DNA from: Rebecca billardiae RCC1528
Taxonomy: Eukaryota; Protista; Haptophyta
Assembly (NCBI GenBank): GCA_965240325.2
Contig: OZ251244.1
Coordinates: 372,001-436,000 of the forward strand
DNA length: 64,000 nucleotides
Reading direction: 5' to 3'
A program made the translations under genes and the position numbers. Numbering within the stretch: the stretch's first letter is position 1; each line of letters begins with the position of its first letter. Below, piece after piece: positions 11,283-22,848 of the stretch. The notes under the pieces are model-generated. The model did no database searches. It was not told the DNA's origin and saw nothing but the letters and a program-made list of their open reading frames with translations.

Positions 11283-12332
11283 ATGGAGTGGACACCGGAG
11301 CAGCTCGCGCTGTGGACAGAGACGGACGAGGCGGCGTGCACCAAATGGCGTGACGAGAAGCTCGCATCGGTGCGCTGCCGCCCGGAGCGCCGCTCGCGGC
11401 GTACCTCGAGTGCCGCCCGCTGTGCGCCGCGCGCGCGCGCACTTGTTGCATCGCGCTCGCGGCTCGCGCGCCTGCGCTCGCGCGCGCGCGCACTGCGGTG
11501 TGGCTGTGCGAGGCACGCACCTCACAACGTGCGCGGCGCGCGCGGCTGTCGCACGTGCGCACTGGCTGGTGGCCCCGCGCAGTGGAACAAGGAGGGCTCG
11601 ACGCTCAAGGAGAAGTACCCGGAGCGCGAGGCCCTGGACGCGTGGATGCAGAAGCAGTGCGACGGCATGCGCGACAAGACCCTCGCGCTGCGCACCAACC
11701 CGAGGGTGTTCTTCGACATCACGATCGGCGGGGAGGCGGCGGGGCGGATCGTGATGCAGCTGCGGAAAGACAAGGTCCCGAAGACGTACGTCCGCCCCCG
11801 CAGCCGCCACTGGCTCGCGCGCGCGTGGCGCTCGCCCGCAGCCGCCCTCATGCGAGCACGCGCGCGCGCACCCGCCCGCGAACGCTGCCTGCCGCCTCAC
11901 GCCAGGGCCGAGAACTTCCGCGCGCTCTGCACGGGCGAGAAGGGCTTCGGGTACAAAGACTCAAAGTTCCACCGCGTGATCCCCGACTTCATGTGCCAGG
12001 GCGGCGACTTTACGAACGGCGACGGCACGGGCGGCAAGTCGATTTACGGCGATAAATTCGCGGACGAGAATTTCGAGCTGAAGCACACGGGCCCGGGCGT
12101 GCTCTCGATGGCGAACGCCGGGCCGGGGACGAACGGCAGCCAGTTCTTCCTGTGCACGGTGAAGACCCCGTGGCTCGACGGCAAGCACGTCGTCTTCGGC
12201 AAGGTGGTCGAGGGGATGGACATCGTGAAAACGATCGAGGGCGTGGGCTCGCAGTCGGGGACCACCTCCAAGGAGGTGCTCGTTGCGGACTGCGGCGAGA
12301 TCCCGCTGAGCGAGTTCAAGCCGCTCAAGTGA
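11283..12332 (+). CDS. Cyclophilin-type peptidyl-prolyl isomerase with N-terminal extension. Exons 11283-11369, 11583-11785, 11906-12332
   Basis: Motifs [16 protein letters not shown]|[38 protein letters not shown] and [10 protein letters not shown]. Two GT-AG introns. Confidence 0.95.
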   Translation: MEWTPEQLALWTETDEAACTKWRDEKLASVRCRPERRSRRTSSAARCAPRARALVASRSRLARLRSRARALRCGCARHAPHNVRGARGCRTCALAGGPAQWNKEGSTLKEKYPEREALDAWMQKQCDGMRDKTLALRTNPRVFFDITIGGEAAGRIVMQLRKDKVPKTYVRPRSRHWLARAWRSPAAALMRARARAPARERCLPPHARAENFRALCTGEKGFGYKDSKFHRVIPDFMCQGGDFTNGDGTGGKSIYGDKFADENFELKHTGPGVLSMANAGPGTNGSQFFLCTVKTPWLDGKHVVFGKVVEGMDIVKTIEGVGSQSGTTSKEVLVADCGEIPLSEFKPLK

Positions 12333-12968
12333 CGGGCGCGCGGCGCGTGCGGGAAAGCACTTGCCGCCGTCAGCTGGCCGCCGAGAGCGCCGATGCACGC
12401 GCGCGCCGGCTTGCACACTGCTTGCGCGGTCTTGGCCGTGCGGCCGGCCGGCCGTGTCGTCACACTGACACACAGACACTCACTGCCGCCTGTCGCCGGG
12501 CAGCACGCCGCCCGCGGCGTGCTGGCGGCACGAGTGAGCTCGTGCCGCCGTTGTAGTCCAGCAGCATCTGCCCCATAGAATAGTGATCCATCGGTTATGT
12601 CAGTGGCAGGGCTGTCGAGTGTCGCACTCGGACGTCTCATCATGTCATCGGGGCGGTGCCCTGAGCGGGCCTGACGCCTCAGCCTGGCTGGGCGAAGAAG
12701 ACAACGACGGTTGGCTCGCCGCTCGCGAGCACATGATTACTATCCCGGCACGTAGCTTCAGAAGCAGCAGAAGCGCATGTTGAGCGGGTACTGAACTACA
12801 CTAACCGGGAATGAGCCAGGCTCTCGTCGTCCAATCGATTTCGCGGACTAGGGGCCACGTGAATAGAGTTTCGTCGTTTCCTCATTACGTCCTAGCCTAG
12901 GTAAATGAAAAACCGTCAGGAATTTGCGTCGCCCGTCGCCCGACATCGCCGCGTGGCCGTCGTGCACC

Positions 12969-15345
12969 ATGTTTGCGTCCATCGCAGTGCTCTCGCTGCT
13001 CAGCCTGCACGGTGCGCCCGACGCGGCGCGCGCCCGCCCTCGTGCGTCTCCCAACGTGGCCCGTGCGCACGCCCGCACGCGTTTCTCAGCCGCGCCCATC
13101 GTGCTTCCGCGACCGGCGGCGGCGGCACGCGCGCGCGCCGTGCAGGCGGCATGCATGTGAGGGGAGGGACCGACAGGCCATCACGCACCTCGCACAGCGC
13201 GCTGCGAGCAACGCAGACGCCGCCGAGCTCGGGGATCGGCTGGGACACCATCCCCCTCGACGACGTGCCCAAGACGCTCTGCCGCCCCGACGACGCCAAC
13301 GCCAACACCGCGATGCGCGCCAAGATGGAGAAGATGCTCCGCGAGGCTCAGCTCTCGATCTGCGGCGCGATCGAGGAGCTGGACGGCGGCGCGAAGTTCA
13401 AGGAGGACGCGTGGACGCGTGACGGTGCGCGCGCGCGCCTGCCCCCGCGCGCACCGCGCGCGCGCTCCGCCGGCCCCCCGCGCCCTGCGTGCTCGCGCGC
13501 GCGCGCGCGCGCGCGCTCACGGATGCGCGCGCGCGCGCCGCGCCGCGGCCACGCGCAGGCGGCGGTGGCGGCATCTCGCGCGTGCTGGCGGACGGCAAGG
13601 TGTTCGAGAAGGCGGGGTGCTCGCTCTCCGTCGTGTACGGCAACATGCCCGTCGAGGCGCTCGCCTCGGCCACCGAGCGCGGCGTCGACCGGGCCAAGGG
13701 CTACCAGGCAGGCGACCGCGTGCCGTTCTTTGCGTGCGGTCTCTCGTCTGTGATGCACCCGCGCAACCCGATGGCGCCGACGATGCACTTCAACTACCGG
13801 TACTTCGAGACGGACGGCGGCGTGTGGTGGTTCGGCGGCGGGACGGACATCACCCCCGCCTACCTCTTCGAGGAGGACATGAAGCACTTTCACGGCACTT
13901 ACAAGGTGTGCGGCGCGGTGCGGCGGTGTGCGGCGCGGCCGCGCGGGGCGCGAAGCGAGGCTGCGCGCGCCGGCGGGGCAGGCGCAGGCTGCCCCACCGA
14001 CCAGCGCTTGCGGGCGGATCGCGGCCGGGGCGGCGCGGACGGCTGCGGGGGCCGCGAGGGGCGGCGGCGCCCGGGGGCGGAGGGTCGTCGCCGGCTGCGG
14101 CGCAGCCGCCCCTGCCTGTGCCTGCCGGCTTGTGAGGCGCCATGCCCCGCCGCACGGCGCGTCGCCCGCCGTGTGCGCTGCCGCGCACACGCGCCTCTCC
14201 GCGCGCGCGCTGACCCCGCCCGACGACTACTCGCCGCCGCCCCGCCCGCCCGGCCGCGCGCGCGCGCGCGCTCGCGCGCAGGCGGCGTGCGACAAGCACG
14301 ACAAGGAGTTCTATCCAAAGTTTAAAAAGTGGGCTGACGACTACTTCCTGATCAAGCACCGCGGCGAGCGGCGCGGGCTGGGCGGCATCTTCTTCGACGA
14401 CCTCAACGACCGCCCGGCAGACGACATCTTCGCGTTCGCCACGGTGCGCGCGGGCCGCGCGCGTGATGGCTGGCTCACTGCCGAGCGACCATGGGTCGCT
14501 CCGCGGATGGATGCCTGTGTGGCTTCCCCTCCGCGCGTGCCATGCAGCCAGCCGCGCGATGGGAGAGGGAGGGAAGAGGGGGAGGGGCCGGGAGGCCTGT
14601 GCGCGTGCGCTTGCTCGCCTCCTCCGCCAGCCATGCCCGCCCCGGCGCCGCGCCGAGCGCTGTCGTCAGCACCAGCCTGCACGCGCAGGGCAGCGCCGCG
14701 CGCACGCCGCTCGGGCAGCGCCGCGCGCCTCGCTCAGCCGAGTGCACGCGCCCGTCCCGCCTCCCGCCCGCCCGCCCGCCCGCCGCGGCCGCGCGCGCAG
14801 GACTGCGCGAACTCGGTGGTGGACGCGTACGTGCCCATCGTGGCCAAGCGCAAGGACGAGCCGTACACGCAGCAGCAGAAGGAGTGGCAGCAGATGCGGC
14901 GCGGCCGCTACGTCGAGTTCAACCTCGTGTACGACCGCGGCACCATCTTCGGTGCGTGCGCACGCGTGCAGATGCGTGCGCGTGTGCGCGTACACTGGCG
15001 CACGCGGCGCACGACGCGCGGGCGCCGCGCGAGTCGTGCAGGTGTTGGCTGGCTGGGCGGCTCGTCGCTCGCTCGGGGAAGAGAGGGGGCGGGGTTGGGC
15101 GGAGGGTGGGCGGGCGGGCTATGGGCTGACTGTCGGGCGCGGTGCGCGGGCCGCGCTCGCGCGTGCGCGATCTGAGCCGCCCCGCTCCCGCGCGCCGCGC
15201 AGGCCTCAAGACGGGCGGGCGCATCGAGTCCATCCTCATGTCGCTGCCCGAGACCGCGCGGTGGGAGTACTGCCACGCGCCCGAGCCGGGCTCCAAGGAG
15301 GAGGAGATCATGAAGCTGTACAAGGAGCCCAAGGACTGGGTCTGA
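12969..15345 (+). CDS. hemF: Oxygen-dependent coproporphyrinogen III oxidase, probably plastid-targeted. Introns 13425-13558, 13906-14281, 14444-14800, 14952-15202; the donor of the first intron is uncertain
   Basis: Motifs [68 protein letters not shown] and [11 protein letters not shown]. Confidence 0.95.
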
Positions 15346-15893
15346 GACAGTCTGAGACAGTCTGAGACCGCGAGCACGACGCACGCACAATGCACGCGCG
15401 CCGCACGGCTGGGCGCGGGGCGCCGTGCTCCGAAGACGCCGGCCGCCAATCGGGCGCCGGGGTCGTCACTACTCACTGAGGAGTGAGGGCGTCACTCGTC
15501 AGCGCGGCCTGGCCATCAGTCGGCGGGCACCGCGGGCGCGCCGACACCGTGTCCGTTGCCGCACGGCCGGTCGGTGACGACGAATCATCGGCGACGAGTG
15601 ACACGAGTACGACGAGGCACGCGAGAACTCGACCGGACGACGAGTTGCTGATATGCGGGGCTGACGAATGACGATGGCAAAGCACTACGACTAGAATCAT
15701 ATATGGGGGTACACGCGAGTCCCGCGTTTACTGACACGACCGACGACGTGACGCCGGGCGACGGTGCGCCTGCTGCCTGCTCGGCATAGTAGTCACGGTA
15801 GCGGGCGCTACCTAGTACTTACCTTGCCAGTGGCGCTTATTGAGTGTCGGTGGTGTCGGGCTGCTTACAAGGCACAAGGCCCTTGCCACTGCA

Positions 15894-16792
15894 ATTGACA
15901 CTGCGCCACAAGGGGGGGTTCCAAAATTGTCCCCGCCGACGGCTCGATGGCTGCCGCACGTGCGTGCCCCGCGTGCCTTGCGCGTGTACGTGCACGGTAG
16001 GGCATCCCGACAGCGAGGGCGGGGTGGCGTAGATGGTCTCATGGGAGGTGTGCCCGTGTGCCGGAGACGCTTCGACACCTTGGTGGCGTGCGCACACTTC
16101 TCCTTGCCGCCGCTTGCCTGCTGCAGTGCTCGGCCAGCCGTGTTGAGAGCACGCCTGCGCGTGCATGGCCAATGTCGGGCGGATCGAGCCGTAGTGAGTG
16201 CGCGTGCGGGTACTCCTACCCGATGCGTCTCCCTACCACTGTCGCAAGCCCTCGTGCGCGTCGTGAAGCCTGTCGAATCCAGTCGGGCACATGCCCAACA
16301 TGCTCGCGAACAATGGCCGAGGAATGGCGTCAAATGCGCTATTTGAAAATAAAACTGGCCAGCATGTCGCATACCACCATGATAACGTTGACACGTCGTG
16401 GGTTCGAGTGCACGGCTTAGGGTTGACGTACAAGAGCTACTGCGACAGTGGTAGAGAGACGCATCGGGTAGGAGTACCCGCACGCGCACTCACTACGGCT
16501 CGATCCGCCCGACATTGGCCATGCACGCGCAGGCGTGCTCTCAACACGGCTGGCCGAGCACGCAGCAGGCAAGCGGCGGCAACGAGAGGTGTGGGCACGC
16601 CACCAAGGTGTCGAAGCGTCTCCGGCACACGGGCACACCTCCCATGAGACCATCTACGCCACCCCGCCCTCGCTGTCGGGACGCCCTACCGTGCACGTAC
16701 ACGCGCAAGGCACGCGGGGCACGCACGTGCGGCAGCCATCGAGCCGTCGGCGGGGACAATTTTGGACCCCCCCCTTGTGGCGCAGTGTCAAT
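15894..16792. mobile_element. Foldback/MITE-like element with about 350-bp inverted arms
   Basis: 15894-16246 is a near-identical reverse complement of 16441-16792, around a roughly 194-bp spacer. Confidence 0.8.
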
Positions 16793-16801
16793 ACTTGTAC
16801 T

Positions 16802-16880
16802 TTTTAAATTCCCCTTTATAACGGGCTCCGGGTGATCAGACTGGCGGCCGAAGCCTCCAGCCCTACCCTGGCCAGCCCCC
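16802..16880 (+). repeat. 79-bp inverted repeat, left copy
   Basis: Reverse complement of 22849-22927. Confidence 0.9.
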
Positions 16881-17079
16881 TGCTCAAGACGAATCAAGAT
16901 ACCGGGACAAACGATACGGTACGACACGCGCGCCCGCGTCAAATTGCTTGCCGCGAGTTGACGAGCTCAGCAGAATCGAGCATCGAGATTCGAGAGTTCG
17001 AGACGGCCAGCCGGCCGGGGCTGACAATTGCGGCCTCGTTGCTGCTCGAGGCGCCGCTGCCGCGCCTGCCGACGTGAGG

Positions 17080-20000
17080 ATGCCAACGTCGAACGACCTG
17101 TCAGCTGTGAGCCAGACTAGCCCCAGCACGATCCCCGCCGACAACCCGCCCGCCGATCCCTCGCGCTCGCTCGTGCGCGAGGTGCGCGCGGGCGGGCTGC
17201 CCGACGTCGAGGCCGACCGCGTGGCGCGGCGCACGCGGCTCAAGGGCGCGCCGACGCTCCGCGAGTACACGGCTGCCGCGAATGTGTCCGCCCTAGCCAT
17301 CTCGTCCGACGGAGCGCACCTCGCCGTGGGCAGCAAGGACGGCAAGGTGGCGCTGTACAACACGTCGACGGGGCAGCAGCTGCACACGCTACGGTACGGC
17401 AGTTGGGTTCGCTCGGTGGCCTTCTCGCCCGACGGCAAGCGCGTCGTGATCGGGGGCCACGAGAAGACGGCGGCCGTGTACGGCGTGCTCAAGGGCGCGC
17501 TGGAGCACGCGCTGCAGCACAGCAGCTGGGTCCGGTCGGTGGCATTCTCACCAGACGGCAGCCGCATCGCCTTTGGCGGCAAAGGCTCGCAGGCGGCCGG
17601 GGAGCTGGTCGTCCACGACGCGTCGAGCGGCGAGCGGCTGTACACGCGGGCGCGTGGCGGGCTAGTCTTCTCGGTCGCCTTCTCGCCCGACGGCGCGCGC
17701 CTCGCCGTGGGCGGGGAGGACCAGCGCGTGGCCGTGTACGACGCGCGCGCGGGCGAGCTGCAGAGCGAGTGGTCGCACGGCCTCCAGGTGAGCTGCGTGG
17801 CCTTCTCGCCCGATGGCTCGCGGCTCGCTGCGCTTGGGCTGTCGAAGGGGACCGTGTACGACGCGCTAACGGGCGCGCCGTCGAAGGAGCTGGCGCAGCC
17901 CAAGTACGGCCTCTTCTCGCTGGCCTTCTCGCCCGACGGCACGCGCATCGCGCTCGGCGGGGGCGGCGGCATGGGCGGCGGCGTGCGTCTCATTGACGCG
18001 TGGACCGGCGAGCTGCTGGCGGAGCCGCTGCGGGGGCGTGAGATCATCCGCGCGGTGGTCTTCTCGCCCGAGGGCTCGCGCGTCCTCGCGGGTGGGGACG
18101 ACCGGAGGGCGGCCGTGCTCGACGTCTCGGCGGGCGAGCAGCTGCACGAGCTGCGGCGCGAGAACAAGGTCTTCACAGTCGCGTACTCACCCGACGGCAG
18201 CTGCGTCGCCGTCGGCGGCGAGGACCGCAAGGTGGGCGTGTACGACCCGTCGTCGGGCGAGCTGCGGTACGAGCTGCGGCGCGAGGCCCTGATCCGGCGG
18301 CTGGCGTACTCGCCCGACGGCGCCCAGCTCCTCGTGGCGGGGGGCGCCAAGGCCGCCGTGTACAGCACGTCGACGCGCAAGGTGGTGCGAGAGCTCGCGC
18401 GCGGCGGAGAGATTATCTCAGTCGCGTTCGCGGCCGACTGCTCCCGTGTCGCGCTCGGGGGGCGCGACATGAAGGCGGGCGTGTACGACGCGTCCACGGG
18501 CGAGCTGCAGTACGAGCTGACGCGGGGCGACCAGGTCTGGTCCGTCGCCTTCTCGCCCGACGGCGCGCACCTCGCGGTGGGCGGACGCGACAGGAGGGTG
18601 GGCGTCTACAACACGACATCGCGCACCCTCATCTACACACTGTCGCGCGCCGACGCGGTCGAGCCGGTCGCCTTCTCGCCCGACGGCGCGCAGCTCGCGG
18701 TCGGGGGGCTGGACAGGAAGCTGGCGATGTACGACGCCTCGAGCGGCGAGCTCAAGTACGAGCTGACGCGCGGCGACGCCCTCATGTCGCTGGCCTTCTC
18801 GCCAGACGGCACGCAGCTCATGGCAGGCGGCTGGGACAAGAAGGCTGCGCTGTACGACGCGTGCACGGGCGAGCTCCGGTACGAGCTGATGCGCGGCGAC
18901 CTTGCGAATACGGTGGCCTTCTCGCCCGACGGGACGCAGCTCGCGTTCGTCTCGTACGACCGAGTCGTCCTCGCCCGCGCAGGGCTCCCCGTGCTCAGCC
19001 TGCTCCCGCGCTCCGCAGCCGCGCTCACGCACGCGGTGCGGTGCGCGGCGGCGCATGCGGAGCCGGCGAGTGGGCAGACGCTTGCCGAGATGCTGGTCGA
19101 GGAGGGGGAGACGGCGGTGCTCAGGCAGCTCGTGCGGCCGAAGGAGCGGCCGCCCGTGCTCCCGCCCGTCGCGTTCGGCCCGGGCTCGTTCGCCCTCGCC
19201 GTCGAGCACAACAACGTCGCCGGAGCCGAGCTGCTTTTCGAGGCGGCGCTGCGGCCCACCGTGCCAACCACATCGGCGGTACGGACAGCGACGGCGCTGG
19301 CTATCCCCGCGCTCGTCGCGGACGGGCAGGCGCGGCTCGTCGCGCGGGTGATGAGCCGGCTCGTGGTGTGGCGGCAGGACGCCCCGCCCTTCCAGGCGCG
19401 CGCGCTGCACGACCCGACGAGCGCCGACGGCTCGGCCGCGGCGCAGTCGACGGCGGTGCCCCAACTGTCCACGGTGCTCCACGCCGGCAGCACCGATTGG
19501 TTCAGCACTCGCGTGTGGCGCGCGCACGTGGTGGCGCACCCGCACGGCGCGCGCGCGGTGGCGCACACGCTGCCGATGCCGTGCATCACGTGCGGCGTGA
19601 CGCTGCGCGCGCTCGTCCGCGTCGACAGCGGCGCGATGTGGGGCGGCGAGGCGCTGCGCGCCGCGTGCGAGGCCGTCTGGCTCGGGCACCTGCGAGCGTT
19701 CCACCTCACGCTGTGCGCCGCGCTGCTGCTCGAAGCGGCGCTCTTCTCCGCGGCGTGCGCGGAGGTCGTCTGGCCCGACGTGGCCGCCGCCGTCGCTGTC
19801 GGTGGCACGCGCTCCGCCGCTGCGCTCGGCGTGAACCTCGCGCTCGCGCTCGTGGCGCTGAGCCTGCTGGGCGTCGAAGCGCGACAGGCGTGGGCAGTAC
19901 GCAGCCGCGCGGCGCGCGCGGCAGCGGCGCGCGCGGCAGCAGCGCCGCCGAGCGGCGCGCCCGCGGCGCTGCCAACGTCAGCGGCCGGCGCGATGAGCGC

Positions 20001-21327
20001 CAGCAGCCGGCCGTTGGACGCGGCCGTCGTGCCCACCGAGCAGCGGCCGTCGACGGCCGCGGCCAACGAGCCGCCCGCCGAGCAGCGCCGCCGCAGCCGC
20101 TCGGCATCCAGGTCCGCTGCGCCGCACGGCGAGCAGGGCATGAGCGCGCCGCCGCCGCGGCCGCAGACGCCGCTGGCTGCGGCCGCGCGGCGTGCGGCAC
20201 GCGGCCTGGTGGCCGTGCGTCGGCTGGACCCGCTGGCGGTGATCGACTGGGTGAGCCAGCTGCTCGTGCTCGCGTGCGCGCTCTACGCTCTCGCGCTGCC
20301 CGCCGCGGCGCGCTCGCCGCCGCTCCCGGCGCTGCTGCACGCACTCGCGCTCGCATCGCTCGGGCTCCTCGGACGCTCGCTCAAGGCGATGCGCGGCTTC
20401 GAGCGGCTCACGCACTTTGTGGACGTGCTCGCGCAGTCGTTCAGGGACATGGCGCCGCTGCTCTTCATCTGCGGCGTGCTCATCTTCTTCTTCGCGCTCG
20501 CCTTCGCCGCGCAGTTCGAGCCGGTGGCGCACAACGCGGACGACCCGTTGGCCGACGGGATGGCGGCGCTGCTCACGCGGCCGCAGTGGTTTCTGCTCGG
20601 CGCGTTCAACATGGGCATGCTCGGCGACTTCTCGGTGGGGCCGTTCGAGGAGGCGGCGTCGCCCACGCTGACGACCGTGATGTTCGTCGCGCAGATGATC
20701 TTCCTGATGGTCGTCGCGCTCAACGCGCTGATCGCGCTGCTCGGCGACACGTGCGCGCACTGCCGCGCACCGCCGCGCGGGACGCCCTCAGCCGCCGCCG
20801 CTGCGAGTGCCCGGCCCCGCGCCGCCCATGATGACGCCGCGCCGCGCCCGCTGCGCCGCAGGTACGACCGCGTGACCGAGCTGCAGGACGCGTCGCGGAA
20901 CAAGCAGCGCGCGCGGCTCATCCTCGAGTACTATGACCTGCTGCCCTACGCGTGGGTGGAGGACATCGAGGTGGCGACCACGTGGCTGCACCGGCTCGCG
21001 CCGGTCGCGCTCGTGGGCGAGGGCGACGACGGCGCGCCCAACGAGGACGAGACGTGGCGCGGCCGGCTCACCGCCATCTCGCACAAGCTGGAAGAGTCTC
21101 TCGAGAAGCAGCAGCAGAGGCTCAAGCAGGAGCTCAAGCACAGCCAGCACGAGCTCAGGCAGCAGCTCGAGCAGGGCCAGCGCCAGCTCGAGCGGAAGCT
21201 CGAGCAGAGCCAGCAGAGGCTCGAGGCGAAGCTCGAGGCGGTGAGCGAGGCCGTGCAGGCACTCACGAGGCACCTCGCTCCGGCTGGGGTGCGCGCAGGC
21301 CGTAGTGACGGCGGCTATGACGCGTGA
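17080..21327 (+). CDS. WD40-repeat plus TRP-like cation channel with C-terminal coiled coil. Intron 20751-20861
   Basis: About 14-15 VxSVAFSPDG WD40 repeats, multiple TM helices, the pore/S6 region LGDF...FLMVVALNALIALLGDT|YDRV, and an 11-residue-periodic coiled coil. Confidence 0.8.
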   Translation: MPTSNDLSAVSQTSPSTIPADNPPADPSRSLVREVRAGGLPDVEADRVARRTRLKGAPTLREYTAAANVSALAISSDGAHLAVGSKDGKVALYNTSTGQQLHTLRYGSWVRSVAFSPDGKRVVIGGHEKTAAVYGVLKGALEHALQHSSWVRSVAFSPDGSRIAFGGKGSQAAGELVVHDASSGERLYTRARGGLVFSVAFSPDGARLAVGGEDQRVAVYDARAGELQSEWSHGLQVSCVAFSPDGSRLAALGLSKGTVYDALTGAPSKELAQPKYGLFSLAFSPDGTRIALGGGGGMGGGVRLIDAWTGELLAEPLRGREIIRAVVFSPEGSRVLAGGDDRRAAVLDVSAGEQLHELRRENKVFTVAYSPDGSCVAVGGEDRKVGVYDPSSGELRYELRREALIRRLAYSPDGAQLLVAGGAKAAVYSTSTRKVVRELARGGEIISVAFAADCSRVALGGRDMKAGVYDASTGELQYELTRGDQVWSVAFSPDGAHLAVGGRDRRVGVYNTTSRTLIYTLSRADAVEPVAFSPDGAQLAVGGLDRKLAMYDASSGELKYELTRGDALMSLAFSPDGTQLMAGGWDKKAALYDACTGELRYELMRGDLANTVAFSPDGTQLAFVSYDRVVLARAGLPVLSLLPRSAAALTHAVRCAAAHAEPASGQTLAEMLVEEGETAVLRQLVRPKERPPVLPPVAFGPGSFALAVEHNNVAGAELLFEAALRPTVPTTSAVRTATALAIPALVADGQARLVARVMSRLVVWRQDAPPFQARALHDPTSADGSAAAQSTAVPQLSTVLHAGSTDWFSTRVWRAHVVAHPHGARAVAHTLPMPCITCGVTLRALVRVDSGAMWGGEALRAACEAVWLGHLRAFHLTLCAALLLEAALFSAACAEVVWPDVAAAVAVGGTRSAAALGVNLALALVALSLLGVEARQAWAVRSRAARAAAARAAAAPPSGAPAALPTSAAGAMSASSRPLDAAVVPTEQRPSTAAANEPPAEQRRRSRSASRSAAPHGEQGMSAPPPRPQTPLAAAARRAARGLVAVRRLDPLAVIDWVSQLLVLACALYALALPAAARSPPLPALLHALALASLGLLGRSLKAMRGFERLTHFVDVLAQSFRDMAPLLFICGVLIFFFALAFAAQFEPVAHNADDPLADGMAALLTRPQWFLLGAFNMGMLGDFSVGPFEEAASPTLTTVMFVAQMIFLMVVALNALIALLGDTCAHCRAPPRGTPSAAAAASARPRAAHDDAAPRPLRRRYDRVTELQDASRNKQRARLILEYYDLLPYAWVEDIEVATTWLHRLAPVALVGEGDDGAPNEDETWRGRLTAISHKLEESLEKQQQRLKQELKHSQHELRQQLEQGQRQLERKLEQSQQRLEAKLEAVSEAVQALTRHLAPAGVRAGRSDGGYDA

Positions 21328-21559
21328 TGACGAGTGATAGTCTGATACGACTCGCGTCTACTCACTCAGACTTCAGAGACTACTGCTGATGACGATTGAC
21401 GACGACTACGAGCTACGCGATGTGACTGATGTCGTAGTAATGAGCTATATATATAGTGTCGTAGTAGTCGTCGTCACGAGACGACGACATATCTAACGAC
21501 TACGACCAGTCATCAGTGCCAGTGGACAGTAGTAGACGTAGTGCTGGCAGTCGTGTCAA

Positions 21560-22696
21560 TCAGACGCGGTCTGACGCGCGGCGGCACCTGCGGAAGAAGA
21601 AGCTGCTGCTGTCGCTGCTTCCGCTGCTGCTCGTCGTCTTCGATGACGCGTTTGCGGCCATCAGCCGCTGCTGCGAGCCGTACCGCGGGTCCACCTCCTC
21701 CGGCAGCAGCTGCAGGAAGCGCTCAGCCTGCTGCGAGAGCAGGTCGGGGCTCGCGCCCGGCTGCAGCTCGGGGTGCTGCGCTGCCAGCTGGGCGGCCGCA
21801 CGCGCCACGGCCTGCTGCGGGCTGGAGTCGGCGCTTGTGCCGCCCGGTGCTGCCGCCGAGCCCACGCGCTCGCAGGGAGCAAGCTGGCTGGCGTCCTTCG
21901 TCTGCGCGCAGTACGCCTCCCCTTCCCGTGTGAGGTGCCTCTTCACGTCCCGCATGGGCCACGGCGGGCGCTGAGTCCGGGATGCCCACGGCTGTCGTAG
22001 ACGCTTGGTGTACTCAGCCACGTCCACCCCTGCCGGGGCAAAGCACGGGTTCCGCCTCGCCTGCGCGGCGGTGAGCTCGGTGAGCGCGCGGTTCGCTTCG
22101 GCGTACAGGACGTAGTCGTCCGCGAGGGCGGCGTGTATGCGCGCCCACACCGCGGAGGAGTCGTTGGCCGCGGCCATCTCGGACGCGTGCCGCTCGACCA
22201 GGACCGCGCGCGCGGCAGCCGAACTCAGCTGCCGCTGCCGCCACTCGCCGGACATCTTGAGCCGGGCCCTCTCAGGCGGCTTGAGCGAGCCTGCAAGGCC
22301 GTGGAGCGGGATGCCGAGCGCCGACGAGAGCGTCGCCGTCCACTCCTCGAGCCGCTCGAGGACGCCCACGTACACGTGCGAGCGGCGCGCGTCAAGGCGC
22401 GGGCGCACGTCCAGAGCGGTGAGCGCGCGCTGCCCTGATGCCGCCATCAGCTCTGGGAAGATCCAGTAGACCTGCAGGACGCACTGACCTCCGCCTCCGC
22501 CTACCCCGGAGTGATGGCTGGCGCGCATGGCCTCGATGCATGGAAGCCGGCCGTGCAGCCACGAGCGCTCCTGCTGCTGGCCGGCGAAGAAGGTCCAGAA
22601 CGCAACGGACCACTTGAACGGCTCACGCACGACCGTGATGGTGGCGACTCGGCAGCGCGGCCACCACGCGGAGAGCGCCGGGAGCGCCCGCCTCGT
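21560..22696 (-). pseudogene. Sulfotransferase-like gene fragment, apparently 5'-truncated
   Basis: ITVVREP (3'-PB-like), VGVLERLEE and DYVLYAEA motifs. No ATG or 5'-PSB motif upstream, where the sequence turns into repeats and the inverted-repeat copy. Confidence 0.5.
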
Positions 22697-22848
22697 ACGC
22701 TCGGAAGCCCTCCCCCCTTGCTCGGAAGCCCTCCCGAGCGGGGTCAAAATGTATTTGAATTTTGATATGGCGGTAGTCCTTTACCGCGTCAATCAAGGTT
22801 CAAAAATCAACCCCCTTGTTTGAGGTTGGGTGAGGGTGGTGGTTGGTT

